Origin: Lama glama
Taxonomy: Eukaryota
Assembly: GCA_028534125.1 (NCBI GenBank)
Contig: CM052816.1
Span: 2,854,001-2,918,000 of the forward strand
Length of the DNA stretch: 64,000 bases
Direction: 5' to 3'
In this document: positions 1-12,650 of the stretch, one piece after another
How the letters are laid out: every line of letters starts with the position of its first letter
Position numbering within the stretch: position 1 is the stretch's first letter
Notes under the pieces: model-generated
What the model saw: only the letters and a program-made list of their open reading frames with translations
Told to the model about the DNA's origin: nothing
Databases searched by the model: none
Position numbers and translations under genes: made by a program

Positions 1-739
1 TCCCTCCTCAGAGCATACGGCCTGGGAAGTGATGGCTTGAGCTTAATTCCTAGTATCAGGTCAACCAAGATTCATACTCTGCTTAGGTTCTGGGGTGATG
101 CTGGGCTGAGGGATCACCAGGGTGCTGCAACATTAGAAGCAGGAGCTAAACCACTGCTGCCACTTCTGGAGTCTGGCCACTCCTACCCCATTCCAAGCCC
201 CCAAGCATTATGCCTCTTGTTACCAGGGACTGTGCATAGATGAAGCCTTTGTCCCCAGCAGATTGAATTTAGAGACATTTGAAGTTCTCCCTTTGTTCCA
301 TTTCAACAGTATTCAAAAATATATGGCTTTGGTGTTGCTTTGAACTAATTCCCTAGGGAGTTTTAAAAAGAGAAAAAAGGCCTTCTCTTTGACTCATCAC
401 TCAATTAAAAAAGAACATTTGGGTTTAGTTTGAGAGTTCAAAAAATTAGTATTCATTTTTTTCAGTGATTCATTTAATCAGTTCAAGTTCCTGTAGTTGG
501 CCTAACCCAGAAGAATCTATATAGTGAGGCACTGTGGCTGCTTATGATTCATCTAAAATTTCCAACTACTTCTTCCTAGGCCTGGGTTTATGGCCCAGGC
601 GGGGAATGGGAAGATGGCTCCAGTCTGAATAAATGAGAACAGTGACTTCTACTAAATAGAACAAGCAAGCCACACTATGAACTTTTAACTAAACTAGGAA
701 TCAAAGAGATTTCCTTAGTATTATGTTTAAAGTATATAT

Positions 740-1165
740 CAGACACGAACAGCAAACATGCATAATGGTGAAACACTAAGAACACCTCTATTACAATTAG
801 AAATAAGCAAAAATGCTACTATTGAGAATTGTTCTGGAGGTCCTAGCCAATGCACTAGGGCAAGAAAATGAAATATTGAATAAACATTAGAAAGGAAAAG
901 ACAAAACTATTATTATTTGGAATCATAATTACTTTCCTAGAAAATCCAAGGGAATTAACTGAAAAACTAAACTAGTAAGGGAGTACAAAGTGGGGTAAGA
1001 TGCAAGACAAATAAACAAAAATTAATAGTTTTTACATATGCCAGCTAAAATTCATTAGAAAATTTCATATTGAGGAAAGATCCCATTTACATAGAAATAA
1101 AAATGTGAAATTTCTAACAATAACTTTACAAAAAAGATCAAAATCTATATTTTTAAAAATCTTTT
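740..1165 (+). mobile_element. Ancient L1 (L1M-type) ORF2 reverse-transcriptase-region fragment, decayed
   Basis: Matches L1 ORF2 landmarks: ACAGCAAACAT..ATAATGGTGAAA, TTGTTCTGGAGGTCCTAGCCAATGCA..GGCAAGAAAATGAAAT (the IVLEVLARAIRQEKE region), CCTAGAAAATCCAA, GATCCCATTTACA; many stops and indels. Confidence 0.85.
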
Positions 1166-1749
1166 AAATGAACCAAGGCATGACTGAAAAGCATCAAATA
1201 ATCTGAAGCTTAAACACACAATGCCCTAAAGGGATTGTGGATCTGAACTCCCCTGTCATTAATTTTTATTCCTGGTGTATTCTCCACCCCAAAATAATGA
1301 TTTTGCTTCAGTAACAACCAGCTCTTTCTAGCCTTGGGTCATGGAGAACAACAGAATACAGTTTTACCTTTTTATCTGCTGAAAGCCAATCCAAGGACAT
1401 GGCTCTGAGGTTACTGTAGCTCTGACCAACAACCCAGTGACCTAACTATTCAAAAACACTTGTACTAATCTGAGAAGCTTGAAGACAAATGCCACAGAAT
1501 GAAAATTAATGAATGAAACTTTACATATAATGCTAACACATGAAGTATTTGTTAAATGAATATTGCTTATTACAATGTGTCCAAAACGGTCATGTCTCGA
1601 TTATAACAATAAAACGACCTAATTTTCCATGGCACCTTGACATGCAATGTCGGGCTTCATCCTCACAAATACTCTATAAAGGGAGTAGTACAGTGTGATT
1701 TTTAAATACTAGAAAGTATGAAGCACAGACTCTGCTCCATGGCATACAC

Positions 1750-1935
1750 AATGTGCTAAAACTTTTACATACAAAAACCTGTTCCATGATGTCTCATGAC
1801 ATCTCTCTGAGATCGGCATTATTGTTACGATGCTTATTTTATGCATAAGGAAACTGAGGTTCAGGCTGGTTGAAAATCTAATGACAGAGCTAAGTCTGAC
1901 TTGAGAAGCTTCACTCTTAATTTTTATACTATGCT
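1750..1935 (-). mobile_element. MIR SINE
   Basis: Reverse MIR core TTTTATGCATAAGGAAACTGAGGTTCAG. Confidence 0.7.
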
Positions 1936-1984
1936 TCCTCTGATGGCAACGGTATTATAATGACTCTTACCACAAATTACCTAT

Positions 1985-2371
1985 TGCATTAGTCTGATCA
2001 GGCTGCCATGACAGATTAAAACAGATTCGCCAGCTTAAACAACAGAAATTTATTTTCTTATAGTTCAGGAGGCTCCAGGTTCAAGATCAAGGTGCCAGCA
2101 AGGGTGGTTTCTGGTGAGATCTCTTTCCTTGGCTTGCAGAGAGCTGACTTCTGCAATTTTACATGACATGCGTAAAACTCCTCATGTAACCTTTCCTCAG
2201 TGTGTGCACACCTTGGTATCTCTTCCTCTTTTTCTAAGGACACCAGTGCTACTGAATAAGGTCCACGTCCTTAAGGCCTCATTTAACCTTAATTACCTAC
2301 TTAAAGGCCCCATCTCCAAATACAGTTCTATTAAGGGTTAGAGCTTCAACCTATGATCTTCAGTCCATAAC
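1985..2371 (-). mobile_element. MaLR LTR, MLT1B/MLT1A-like solo LTR
   Basis: GCTTAAACAACAGAAATTTATTTT..AGTTCAGGAGGC..TCAAGATCAAGGTGCCAGCA and CCTCATTTAACCTTAATTACC..GGCCCCATCTCCAAATACAG..TTCAGTCCATAAC are MLT1 hallmarks. Confidence 0.9.
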
Positions 2372-2374
2372 TTA

Positions 2375-2495
2375 AAGGAAACTGAGGTGCAGGGAAGTTA
2401 ATGGACTTATTAACAAGCACGCACAGCTATAAAGCAGAGGAACTTCGGCTCAAACCTAGATGTAGCCAAGTCTAAATCCCATATTCTTTCCACAT
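2375..2495 (-). mobile_element. MIR SINE fragment
   Basis: AGGAAACTGAGGTGCAGGGAAGTTAATGGACTT core. Confidence 0.7.
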
Positions 2496-3159
2496 CTCCA
2501 CAGTTAACTACTCACACCGTGGGAAGGGAAGTGGAATGTAAAGAATGTAAAAGGACAGATAATACAAAACTCATTTTCGCTCTGCTTGGGAACACAGTAT
2601 ATGTCTTCAAACCCTGTTTTACCTTCACCATCATTTCTAAACCACTACTAAAATGAGTTTGCATTGCCTTGCTGTGCCTTCACCCCTACCCCCAACCTGA
2701 AAATAAAGAAGGGTAGCCCCAAACCAAACTGACATGCGTTGCAAAGACAGAGCAGGACGTTAAAAATCTACCATAGCGAAGCACACACGTATAAACCAGA
2801 ACTGACTGTACGTACTTTGATACACTTAGAGAGGAAGGGCTCTATAAATTCAAATCGCTCTCCTACCTAGATATGTAATTCAACCTCACAGGGTCCTAGG
2901 GTGCAGGTACAGAATTATTTTCCAGATACATTCATTCATTTATTGATTCAAGCAGCATTTACTGAGCAGGGTCTGTCAATTAGCCAATCCAAAACTAACT
3001 CATTTAATTAACAGAAGGCAGTTGGTCTCCTTACTTTCCTGCAGACACAGACTCTTCTGATGGAAAGGGACTTTTCATGGCATCTTCCCTCAATGTCTCC
3101 ACCCGTATCCTCGCACTCCCAACCTCTACACAATAAAATAAGATGATCTGTCTCTGGCA

Positions 3160-3300
3160 AGAGGTATCATTATTGAGCTTATTTTACAGATAGGAAAACT
3201 GGACAGAAGGGATGGAGTTTAATGCCACACAACTTACAATTGGTGGTACCAGGATTAGAAGCCGAGCAGCCAAACACCAGAACCTACACCTCTATCTGCT
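3160..3300 (-). mobile_element. MIR SINE fragment
   Basis: ATTTTACAGATAGGAAAACTG..GGATTAGAAGCC core. Confidence 0.7.
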
Positions 3301-3659
3301 ATGCTGTATATACTCCTTGATATGCAGTATTTCTTCCATTTGTTTATCAACCTAAGAGCTGAAGGCACGCTTAAGCTTGCAAAGTTTAGAGAGACTTACT
3401 TAAAGCAGAAAATTCTTAAGCTGGGAAAACAAGGCCTGAGAAGTCAAGGGATTTGTCCGAGGACACCCAAGAACATGGATTCCCTGCCTTACTATCCTGA
3501 CCCACTTTCAAGGATCTAGCACTCCTATGATTCTGGGACCATGGCCTGGAAGGCAAGATGAACTTAAGCCCAAGCCCACTCTCCATCGTCCACTGCGTCA
3601 GGGTGAACACAGGGAGGCCACGCAGATCCTGCACAGTGCTCCATTATGGGCAAGTCCCC

Positions 3660-5720
3660 TTATGAGGGGAGACTATGTCAGAAGGTGCTAAGTGCTAAGG
3701 AAAAGAAAACAGAGTAAAGTAAATGAGATAGACAGTGCCCCCTGTGAAGGTAAAGGAGGGGAAGAAGCTGTAGTTTTAAACAGTGTGGCCAGGGTAAGCC
3801 TCATTGCGAAGGTGGTATCTCAGCAAATACTTAAAGGAGACAAAGCACACTGCCGTGCAGATATCTGAGCAGCAGGCATTCTAGGCAGAGTGAATAGCAT
3901 GCTGCAAAGACTCCAAGGGGAGCAGACAGAGAGACCTGCTAGGAAGTTACTGCAGCACTCCAGGCTAGAGACGACAGTAGCCAGAATGGTAGCAATAGAG
4001 GTAGTGACAAGTGGTTGAATATTGGATATGTTTTGAAGGCCAAGTCTACAGCATTTCCTGACAGATTAATTGTGGGATGTGAGAGACAAAGAATTCGAGC
4101 ATATCTCCAAGCTTTGGGCTTAAGCACACAGAAGAATGGCGATGCTATCAACTGAGAAGGAAAAGGCTGCGGATGAAGCAGGCTTGGGGCAGACATGGAA
4201 GAGAAGATTGGGAATTCGGTTTTGGACAAGTTGAGTTTGAGATGTCTATCAGATAACCAAATGAAGATGCTGAGTAGGCTGTAGAATGCATGAGTCTGAG
4301 ATTCAGGAGAGAACTCTGGCTGAAGATAAAAATTTGAAAGTCATCAGCATGTAGACAGCATTTGAAGCCAGGCAAGTAGCCAAACTCTCCAAACAAGCGA
4401 ATGAAGATAGAAAACAGAGGCAGACTAAGGACAGAGCTCTGGGGCACTTCAACATTCAGAGGTCAGGAAGAGGAGAAAGAAATAGGAAAGGAGGTTTGGA
4501 AGCAGTAACCAGTGAAGTGAGAGGAGAACCAAGCAAGGGTGGTGCTCTGGAAGCCAAGGGAAGCAATCCTACTTCTGAGCATATATCCAGAGGAAGCTCT
4601 AATGAAAAAAGATACAGGTACCCCAGTGTTCATAGCAGCACTGTTCACAATAGCCAAGACATGGAAACACCCTAAACGTGCATTGACAGATGAGTAGAAA
4701 AAGTAGATGTGAGATAGTCATAAAAATAATAAAATAATGCCATTTACAGCAACATGTATGGACCTGGAGATCGAAAAGTAAGCCAGAAAGAGAAAGAAAA
4801 AATATCATATTGCTTATATGTGGAATCTAAAAAAAAAATGACAAAAAATGAACTTACTTACAAAACAGAAACAGACTCACAGACATAGAAAACAAACTTA
4901 CAGTTACCAAGGGTTGGAAAAGGGGCAGGAAGGGATAACTTGGGACTTTGAGATTTGCAGATACTAACTACTATATATAAAACAGATAAATAACAAATTT
5001 CTTCTGTATAACATAGGGAACTATATTCAATACCTTGTAACCTATACTGAAAAACAATATGAAAATGAATAAATGTATGTTACATGTATGATTGAACTAT
5101 GATGTTGTACACCAGAAATTGACACAACATTGAAAACTGACTATACTTCAATTTAAAAATATAAATAAAAGAATAAAAGAAAAGAAGGGGAAGTATTCAG
5201 TTACATCAAGGAGGAAGTGTTCAGCTATACCAAAAGCTGCTGATGGGTCATATAACATGAGTTCTGAAAAAGAACCACTAAACTAAGCAATACAGAGGTT
5301 GCTTGGAAACCTGAACAGAAACCACTCTGATGGAGAAATATGGGGCAAGAGCTGGATTAGGATGGGCTTAAGAAAGAAAATGAGACGAAAAAATAAAGAC
5401 ACCCTAGGGGAGGAAGGAAACGGGGTCACAATTAGCATGAAAGGCGGAATCAAGAAAATAATTTTTTAAGATGTGAAAAAAAAAATAACAGCATATTTAA
5501 ATGCTGATGGGAACAATCCAGCAACGAAGAAGAGACTGAGGCTGCAGGAGAGAGAGAGAAACGTTGCTGAAATAATATCCCAGAGTAGGCAAGAGGGGAT
5601 AGGTCTAGGACACAAGTGAAGGAATTAGCTTTCAATAGAAATATCAGTAACTCATTTATTACAACAGACTTAAGACAGAGTATGTGAACAGAGTATGTGA
5701 TGGGGTAACAGAGGTGCATG
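3660..5720 (-). mobile_element. L2 LINE (L2a-like), interrupted by a young L1 at 4562-5185
   Basis: Reverse L2 motifs GGCATTCTAGGCAGAG, TGGATATGTTTTGAAGG, GTTTTGGACAAGTTGAGTTTGAGATGTCTAT, GGAAGCCAAGGGAAG; the L2 resumes at about 5190 (AGCTGCTGATGGGTCA). Confidence 0.88.
4562..5185 (+). mobile_element. Lineage-specific 5'-truncated L1 (ORF2 C-terminus, 3' UTR, A-rich tail)
   Basis: AGCAATCCTACTTCTGAGCATATATCCAGAG, GTTCATAGCAGCACTGTTCACAATAGCCAAGACATGGAAACA, GACTCACAGACATAGAAAACAAACTTA, ending TGACTATACTTCAATT plus A-rich tail. Confidence 0.95.
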
Positions 5721-5739
5721 GGAGAAGAGCTGTCAATGA

Positions 5740-6325
5740 ATAAAGTCTAGCGAAGGAAGCGGGACCAGATCATGAAGGACCATATAAACTTCCATAAGTG
5801 GTCTCGATTTCATTCTGAGGACAATATAGAGATACATTAAACTTCTAGGCAGATTTTTACTTTATAAAATTTACTCACAGGAATATGTAGAATAGATTTG
5901 AGGTGGACAAGGGAACCTAAAGGCAGAGAGACCAGTTAGGAGAATGTTGAAGATGTCTAGATGAGAGAAGATATTTATTAACATAAATAATGGCAATAGG
6001 GATAGAGAGAAGATGGCAGATTTGAAAATTTTACAACAATAGATTTGATAATCAATTGAACATGACGATAGAGGAGTGGGGGTCAGAAAATGACTTGAGC
6101 TGCCAGGCTCGAGGAACTGGAAGGATGGACTTGCCATTCACTAAGGAGTGTCAAGGGAAAACATGATTGCGCTAGAAGATAAATAGCTGGTTTCTAAACC
6201 TCTTGGGTTTTAGACATCTATACGGTGCCTACAGTGAGGATGTCTCCCAGGTCATGGAAAATGTAGAGCAGGAGCTGAGGAAAGAGCTCTGAACTGGAGC
6301 TAAAGATCTGGGAGTCATTCTAGAC
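5740..6325 (-). mobile_element. L2 LINE fragment
   Basis: GGCAGAGAGACCAGTTAGGAGA, GGAAGGATGGACTTGCCATTCACT, GAGCTCTGAACTGGAGCTAAAGATCTGGGAGTCAT. Confidence 0.8.
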
Positions 6326-6755
6326 AATCACCTGTAACAAGGGCAGGATCTAAGGAATTAACTGACGTGTGTGGTGTTTGTCTGCTCCTGCACTCAATGG
6401 TGCAGACCACTCTGTTTACACAGGACTCCTCCCTTTGCTTTTCGTTGTTACCCCTATGTCAATGGAACCTGCTTTTAATCTGTCTTTATCTTATATTTAC
6501 TGTATCTGTGTAAAGGCATGAATATAGCTAGTTTTGCAGAATAAACTGATGAACCTTTGTCACAGCAACTCAGAGACTTTTTCTATTTTCAATTGTATGG
6601 ATATGTTCTTGCTAGCCACTGTTTTAAATAAAAGGATGCTGCTATAAAATGCATTCTAGCTCTTAACTATAAGCAATTTTTTAATCATACACTATTATGG
6701 ATTATATAAGCATTTTTGTCTCTACAAGATTAGCAAAAAAGCTAATTATCTAAAG

Positions 6756-7228
6756 CAGCGTTTACTAAAATGTAAACACATAACCCTTCTTATGAACTTA
6801 AAATGCATTTAGGTGATGTGGGAAATGATTTCAAATGGTACATAAACGTGGCACTAAACAACACTGACTGTCATTGTAAGAAAGTTTATTTCATTTTCTA
6901 TTTTCTTTCAATCCTTCTAAGCCAAAATAAGGGGAAGGACTCACTTTGATAATAATGTGTTCTTAATTCTTACTAATATCCCTTGGTAATAGAGATAAAA
7001 CAAGGTTTGGGTTCAGAATTCTCCACAAACCACAATTTCTAATTGGAACTCAAAACATTGTTTTATTTTCATACTTAACTTCTACTTATGTGAAATGGTT
7101 TCCATTTATAGCATGGATACCAAATGTCCTTCTAAAATAGATTAAGTATTTTAAAGTGAATCAATTTCAAGAAAGATATTTAATAAAAGATAGTTCTTGG
7201 ATATGTCCCAAACTATGAAGATGGTAGT
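6756..7228. mobile_element. hAT-Charlie non-autonomous element, MER113-like
   Basis: CAGCGTTT terminus; internal TTTCTTTCAATCCTTCT, GGTTTCCATTTAT, TATGAAGATGGTA resemble my recollection of MER113. Confidence 0.6.
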
Positions 7229-8589
7229 ATTAATAGATAATTTCTACCAAAAAAAGTAAAATTTTGACTCCATATACACATCAAATAGCACATGTCAAAT
7301 TTTATTTATTATTTAACTTATTACTTAAGTGAGCAAATCAGAAGATGATAGAATCAGTTCAAAGGAAAATGTGAAGAAGTACAGATTTATATTCTTTAAA
7401 AGAATGTCTAAGTGAATATGGAAATAGACACAAAACTGGCTTTTGCATGGGGTGGCGGGTAGGGGAGAGGGTTATCCCTCCACTGAACAGAATTCATTTG
7501 CATATCAAGAAAACAATGATTATTTTGCTTTGCAATCTGTTATCTATAATTTTCAAAGTAATAAAATAGTCTAAGATCAGTGAAAGGTGAGCATCAAATA
7601 GCCTGGAAGGGTGTGCTGTAAACAATGTAAAGTAGTTTTCCATTGAAACAAAACAGTATATAGTCTAAATCCTAGGGAGGCAGCACTGAGTAGATGAAAA
7701 GGTACGTAGTGGAGGTCTGAAAATAATTTCTGGCAAGTAATTTCTCCCCTTTTGTCCTCCAATTACTTATCTGTAAATGAAAGACCTGGACAGATACTTT
7801 CCAAGGACCCTTATACATTATAAAATTCTCAGATTCATGATACTTGAATGCCCAGGACATAAGCTGCCTAAAAGTGGCATTTTGAAACAGTATTTCTGAT
7901 TCGTAGGGTTCTCAACCTGGAATTGACCTGCTCACCAGCCTTCCCAGAGCAGAATCAGGGAAGCTGCCTCTGTTTACTTAGACCAGGGTGTAGTCAATGG
8001 ACATGCATTCAGTGGCCACCATTCATACAGTAATGTCTTTGTTTCAAAGAGGATGCCTTCCTTTGTTTTCCTCTTGTAATTAAAACTTTGCTGAAATCCA
8101 ACAAATACACTTGATTTATCATCATCATTATTACTATCATTAATAACCCGGATAGAAGTCCCAGCTTCCACTGATTACATCACATCATTAACTTCCTTCT
8201 CCCTGACCTAGCTGCAGGTCCCACTCCTGCTTAGAAAGTTCCTGTACTGCGGAAGGCATTAACATAGCTATTTGTAAAGTAATTTGATATGAGAATTTCA
8301 GATATGCACAGTTCAATCTGTGTACCTCCATCTGGGCTTTTCAGGACCACCATTTTGAGGAAGTTGGATTAATATCATTTGCACTGAGTTCAATCCATTG
8401 CTTCCTCAAACTACAGGGCATAGGGTCAAGGGCAGAGGTTAAAGGACGTACTCCATGACCTCACACCTGGAAGGAACTCAGGGCGAGGTAAATACTGCCT
8501 CTGTCTCCTCCAGCACTACTCCTATGTTGTCCTGACACCCTGATACTAAGCTGGGATGAAAAACCAAGAGGATGGGCCCTGCTCCCAGC

Positions 8590-8815
8590 AAGCCTTGGAT
8601 CTGCCACTTAACTCAAGCAAGTTCTTTCATTTCTCTGCGCCTCGGTCTCCTGATCTGTTTAAAAACAATTGTAACATCAACTCCACTGCAATAAAAAATT
8701 ATAATAAAATAAAAAATTTCTAAATAATAGAAATAATTTTTTAAATTGTAATAGAACCACAGGGTTCTGGTGAGGCTTAAAATGAGGCATGTCAGTGAGT
8801 ACTTAATAACATTAC
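8590..8815 (+). mobile_element. MIR SINE split by a short L1 3'-tip insertion (about 8664-8745)
   Basis: MIR core TCTCTGCGCCTCGGTCTCCTGATCTGT, then L1 terminus AATTGTAACATCAACTCCACTGCAATAAAAAA and an A-rich tail; MIR resumes at AGGGTTCTGGTGAGGCTTAAA. Confidence 0.7.
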
Positions 8816-9667
8816 CTGTTGTTGTAGTTGCCATGACCCCGTCTGAATGCATGTGGAATTGGAAATCAGAAGTAGCCATAAAAACAAGCACTCCTTCATT
8901 CAGTCATTCAATATTTTCTCCCTTACCCATTTTTATTATTTTCCATTATAAAAATTGTAATACAAGTTTATTAACATTTGTACTCAGTGTTGGAAAGGAT
9001 AAACACCAAATTGTTAGGCGTGATCTCTAAAGTATGGGATTAGGAGAAGATTGCCTTATACTGGCAACACTGCGGGATTTTATTTAATATCATATATCAT
9101 TCTCATAAATATTGGAAAAAAGCTGAGATGCAAGCACCATGCGTCATGATAACTTGCAAATACAGACACATAAGGAAGAAAAGGCTCATCCTCTTATCAC
9201 TTCAGTTATCTTTGTTCTGACTCTTCTGGAAACCCAGGGAGGTTGAAGTCCTGCAGGATGCTGACAGAAGATCCTGGCTACAAGTGTAATAGATCTGGAA
9301 AGCTGCGGAAGATCACGGATTCCACTAAGTATCTGATGAAACCTGTGAACCTTCCTCCAAGGGACAGCGCATACATGAACGAGCTGTACACAACTACAAT
9401 GCGGTCCAAAGCCTCCTGAGATTTGTAGACAGACAACAAATCCTAGTGTTAATGTTCATGGAACACCACCAGCAAAATCCTACATCTGTTTCCCTATTTG
9501 ATTAAAGATGTACCAAGAAGGTCCCGTGACAAAAACATCTTCCCTACAGGTCTGATTCTGGCGTCTAATATCTCATGATTAGGAATTCCTTTGAATCAAG
9601 GTGTTATTACCTAAAAAACTACAAGTAGCCCCAAGAAACATAACACTTTAAGTTTATACCATTTTCA

Positions 9668-9935
9668 CATTCATTTTTCCAACAAGTATTTATTGAGCCC
9701 ATATTATACTCTAGGTGGTAGGTTAAACAAGACAGTTCTCTTGGATCTCGGAGTCTAATGCGTAAGAGAAGAATGACAGAAAGACGGACAATAGACATGT
9801 AAGCAAATTAATTGGTGCTGTAATTGGTCAATGACGAGTGCTTTGAAGAAAAGTAATGGAATGGGATGGTTTAGGGGAAGGACAAGTTTACACAGGGTGC
9901 TCAAGGCGGCTTTCTGTACAGCTGCCTGATGAGGA
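9668..9935 (-). mobile_element. L2 3' end
   Basis: CATTCATT..CAACAAGTATTTATTGAGC terminus. Confidence 0.75.
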
Positions 9936-10159
9936 AAGACACTGCATGCCAGTCATGAAGATGTTCACTGAATCTGAATATTACATTTTTTTTCTCAGAT
10001 GAAGGCAGTTTCTAAAAATAGGAAGAAAGCAAGGCCAGAGAAAAAGATAGGGCAGAGAGAGAAGGAAGGGGACAACCACGGGGGAGTCACAAACAGGGGA
10101 AAAGATTGAGAAAGATGATACGGGAGAGACGGAAAAGGAAAGACCTGACATTTGATGAT

Positions 10160-10340
10160 ACTGTGGAATCGTTAGACTCTTTTCAGCTACAAGGAACACG
10201 CATCTGACTCAAAGTGGCTTAAATGATTAGGAATTTTACTGGCTAACATGGGTGGAAATCAAAAGTAATGCAGGATTTGGGTGTGAGACCATCAGGACTC
10301 CAGCTCTGCTTTCCTTTGATTCTCAAGCTGTGTCCTTCTC
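10160..10340 (-). mobile_element. Old MaLR LTR (MLT1J/K-like) fragment
   Basis: GTTAGACTCTTTTCAGCTACAAGGAAC..ACTCAAAGTGGCTTAAA..TTTTACTGGCT. Confidence 0.6.
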
Positions 10341-10344
10341 AGCA

Positions 10345-10470
10345 GAGACAGAGGCAGCATAGAGACAGAGAAAAAGACAGAGACAGAGGCGGAGATAGAG
10401 AAATAGAGGTCAGCAGAGACATAGATGATAAAGAGGTATAGAAATAGATACAGGCATTGATATAGGTATA
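10345..10470. repeat. Degenerate purine-rich (GACA/GATA/GA) simple repeat
   Basis: AGAGACAGAGGCAG..ATAGAGACAGAG..GATAGAGAAATAGAG. Confidence 0.7.
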
Positions 10471-10899
10471 AGTATGTGTCTAGTATTTCCAGGCTTCTCT
10501 AGCTCCTTTGCTTCCCAAAATGTTTCTGGCTTTGCTCACTTGGTTTCTTTCACCCTCCAGCTCTTTGAGACAGGTTCTGCTATTGTCAGACCAGTTCTTT
10601 AGATTTTGTGATAGAAGTGGGGAAGGGTAGCGGGACAAAGGGCACAAAGGCTAGAACTAAAGAAGACTTCCATAAAATTATAGAAAAGGAGAAGCCAAAA
10701 GGTATGAGGCAATTAGATGACAAGAGGGGTATTTCTAAAGAGCTTTTGTGGCGTATATACCCCTTATAATGTTTGAGCAATTTAAACAAAGAACTTGAGT
10801 TTTTTGGGATTGATTTTTTTTTTAACTAAGTTCTTTGATACACAGCTCTGAGACTGGACTGTGTGGGTCCTGGTTTCAGGAGGGTTACACACTCACCCA

Positions 10900-10929
10900 G
10901 ACACACACACAAACACACACACACACACA
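10900..10929. repeat. Interrupted (CA)n microsatellite
   Basis: GACACACACACAAACACACACACACACACA. Confidence 0.9.
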
Positions 10930-11646
10930 GAAAAATGGCAAAAGCTCAACAACCCTGTTTCTCACACCCCTTGGGAACAAGGTGGTCAAGATCTGCTCTA
11001 GTGCTGACCTTGTCATGGCGTGTCAGAAGGAAAGGGACTGGAATTTTGGCAAGCCACTTTTCAAAGGTCATTGACCTCTGATTTACACTACAGTTCAAAC
11101 TATGAACTCTGCACTATAAATCACTACTATTAATAGCAGCCTGGGTATATTATTAAAAGCAGGTCTTGGATTTATGAGCAGGAGATGTCCTAAAATGCTG
11201 TTCCACAGCTCATGAGCTGAGAGACCTTTAATACACTCCTTAACATTCCTTTAACATCTGTGAAAGGGGCATAATAGTACCTACTCTACTACATTAGTGC
11301 AAAACTGTGAGTTCCTTGAGTACATGGGTTTATACATATGGAATATTCCTTGCTTATTTCTTAAGATATAGCTCATGGATGGCAAATATACAGCTCCAGT
11401 GCTGCAGCTCCCTACCCATGGAAAACACAGCTAATAAATAATTGTACTCTGTTCCACTAAACCTGGCACATAGGGACATTAAATAAGTAAATATTTGTTG
11501 AGTGCATGAATGAATGAACAGAGTGCTCCAGGCAGTCACTACCAACGGAGAAGAGCTGGCTCCTGACGTGGAGCACAACGGCCATCTCTGGCCCTAGCCT
11601 TTATTCACAATGTATGTAATTGATTGTCTGCCCATACCCTATAGAT

Positions 11647-11838
11647 CAGAGATCCACCGCCTATTTTTGTAAATAAAGTTTTACTAGAACACATACTCAT
11701 TTGTTCACGTATTGTCTGTGGTTACTTTCACACTCGAATGGCAGAGTTGAGTAGATGTAACAGACTCCATATGGCACACAAAGCCTAAAATGTTTACTAT
11801 TTGGGCTTTTACAGAAAAAAAAGAATTGCTGACTCTTA
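11647..11838. mobile_element. MER58A (hAT-Charlie MITE) inserted in an L2 3' fragment
   Basis: TTTTGTAAATAAAGTTTTACTAGAACAC..GGCAGAGTTGAGTAG..AAAGCCTAAAATGTTTACTATTTGG..TTTACAGAAAAA. Confidence 0.9.
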
Positions 11839-12204
11839 CTCTAGACCATGACTTCCTTGAAGGTCGTGGCTGTGAGGTTCACCTTCTTGTCTCCAGCACC
11901 TTGCAAAGGGCAGGCACTTGAAAAACATTAACTGTATTTATACACTCTGGGAATTCCAAAAAGGACGTTGGTTGACCTGAAATTATGAGTTCACTAAAAC
12001 TAGCTCCATTTCCTCTCAGGAATCTCAGGTGATGGAAAACAAGGCAGTCTCCTTTCATAAGGAGAAGGGCCATGGCAAGCAGATGGGTCCAGAGACAAAC
12101 TGCCAAAGGGAGAAGAGCACGGAGAGAACTCGAGAGACGAAGTCCAAAGTCAAACCTGGTCTCCCACCCACCCTGCCAAAAACCAGCACTGCCTAGTAAA
12201 CGCA

Positions 12205-12452
12205 CAGCTGACCCTTGAACAACGTGGGTTTGATCTGTGCAGGTCTACTTATGTGTGGATCTTTTCCAGTAGTAAATACTACCGTACTACACAATCTGCA
12301 GGTGGCCTAACACCTGGATGCAGAACCTTGTATACGGAGAGACCACAGCTGGGAAAACCATGCAAAGGGAGGGCCAACTGTAAGTTATACGCAGATTTTC
12401 CACTGAGTGGAGGGCTGGCGCTCCATCCCCCATGTTGCTCAAGGGTCAACTG
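12205..12452. mobile_element. Tigger2-family MITE (MER8/Tigger2a-like, Tc1/mariner)
   Basis: TIRs CAGCTGACCCTTGAACAAC and GTTGCTCAAGGGTCAACTG; TA flank on the right, CA on the left. Confidence 0.9.
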
Positions 12453-12459
12453 TATTTTG

Positions 12460-12650
12460 GTTAAGAACCTCAAAGTGTTGTCTGTGAGCAACTTACATCA
12501 GAATCATCTGAGGAGTTTGTTAACATAAAAATTCCCAGGAATCATCTCAGGCTTAAGAAGTCACGAACCCGAGGGGTGGGGTCCAGGAATCTGCATGGTT
12601 AACAAACTCCCCAGGTACTTTTTATACCCATGACGTTTTAGAACTGACCT
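12460..12650. mobile_element. MER5A/B (hAT-Charlie MITE)
   Basis: CATCAGAATCATCTGAGGAGTTTGTTAA..GGGGTGGGGTCCAGGAATCTGCAT..AACAAACTCCCCAGGT. Confidence 0.85.

Noticed and set aside
3939..4808. Several minus-strand ORFs
   Set aside because: They lie within decayed L2 and antisense L1 sequence.
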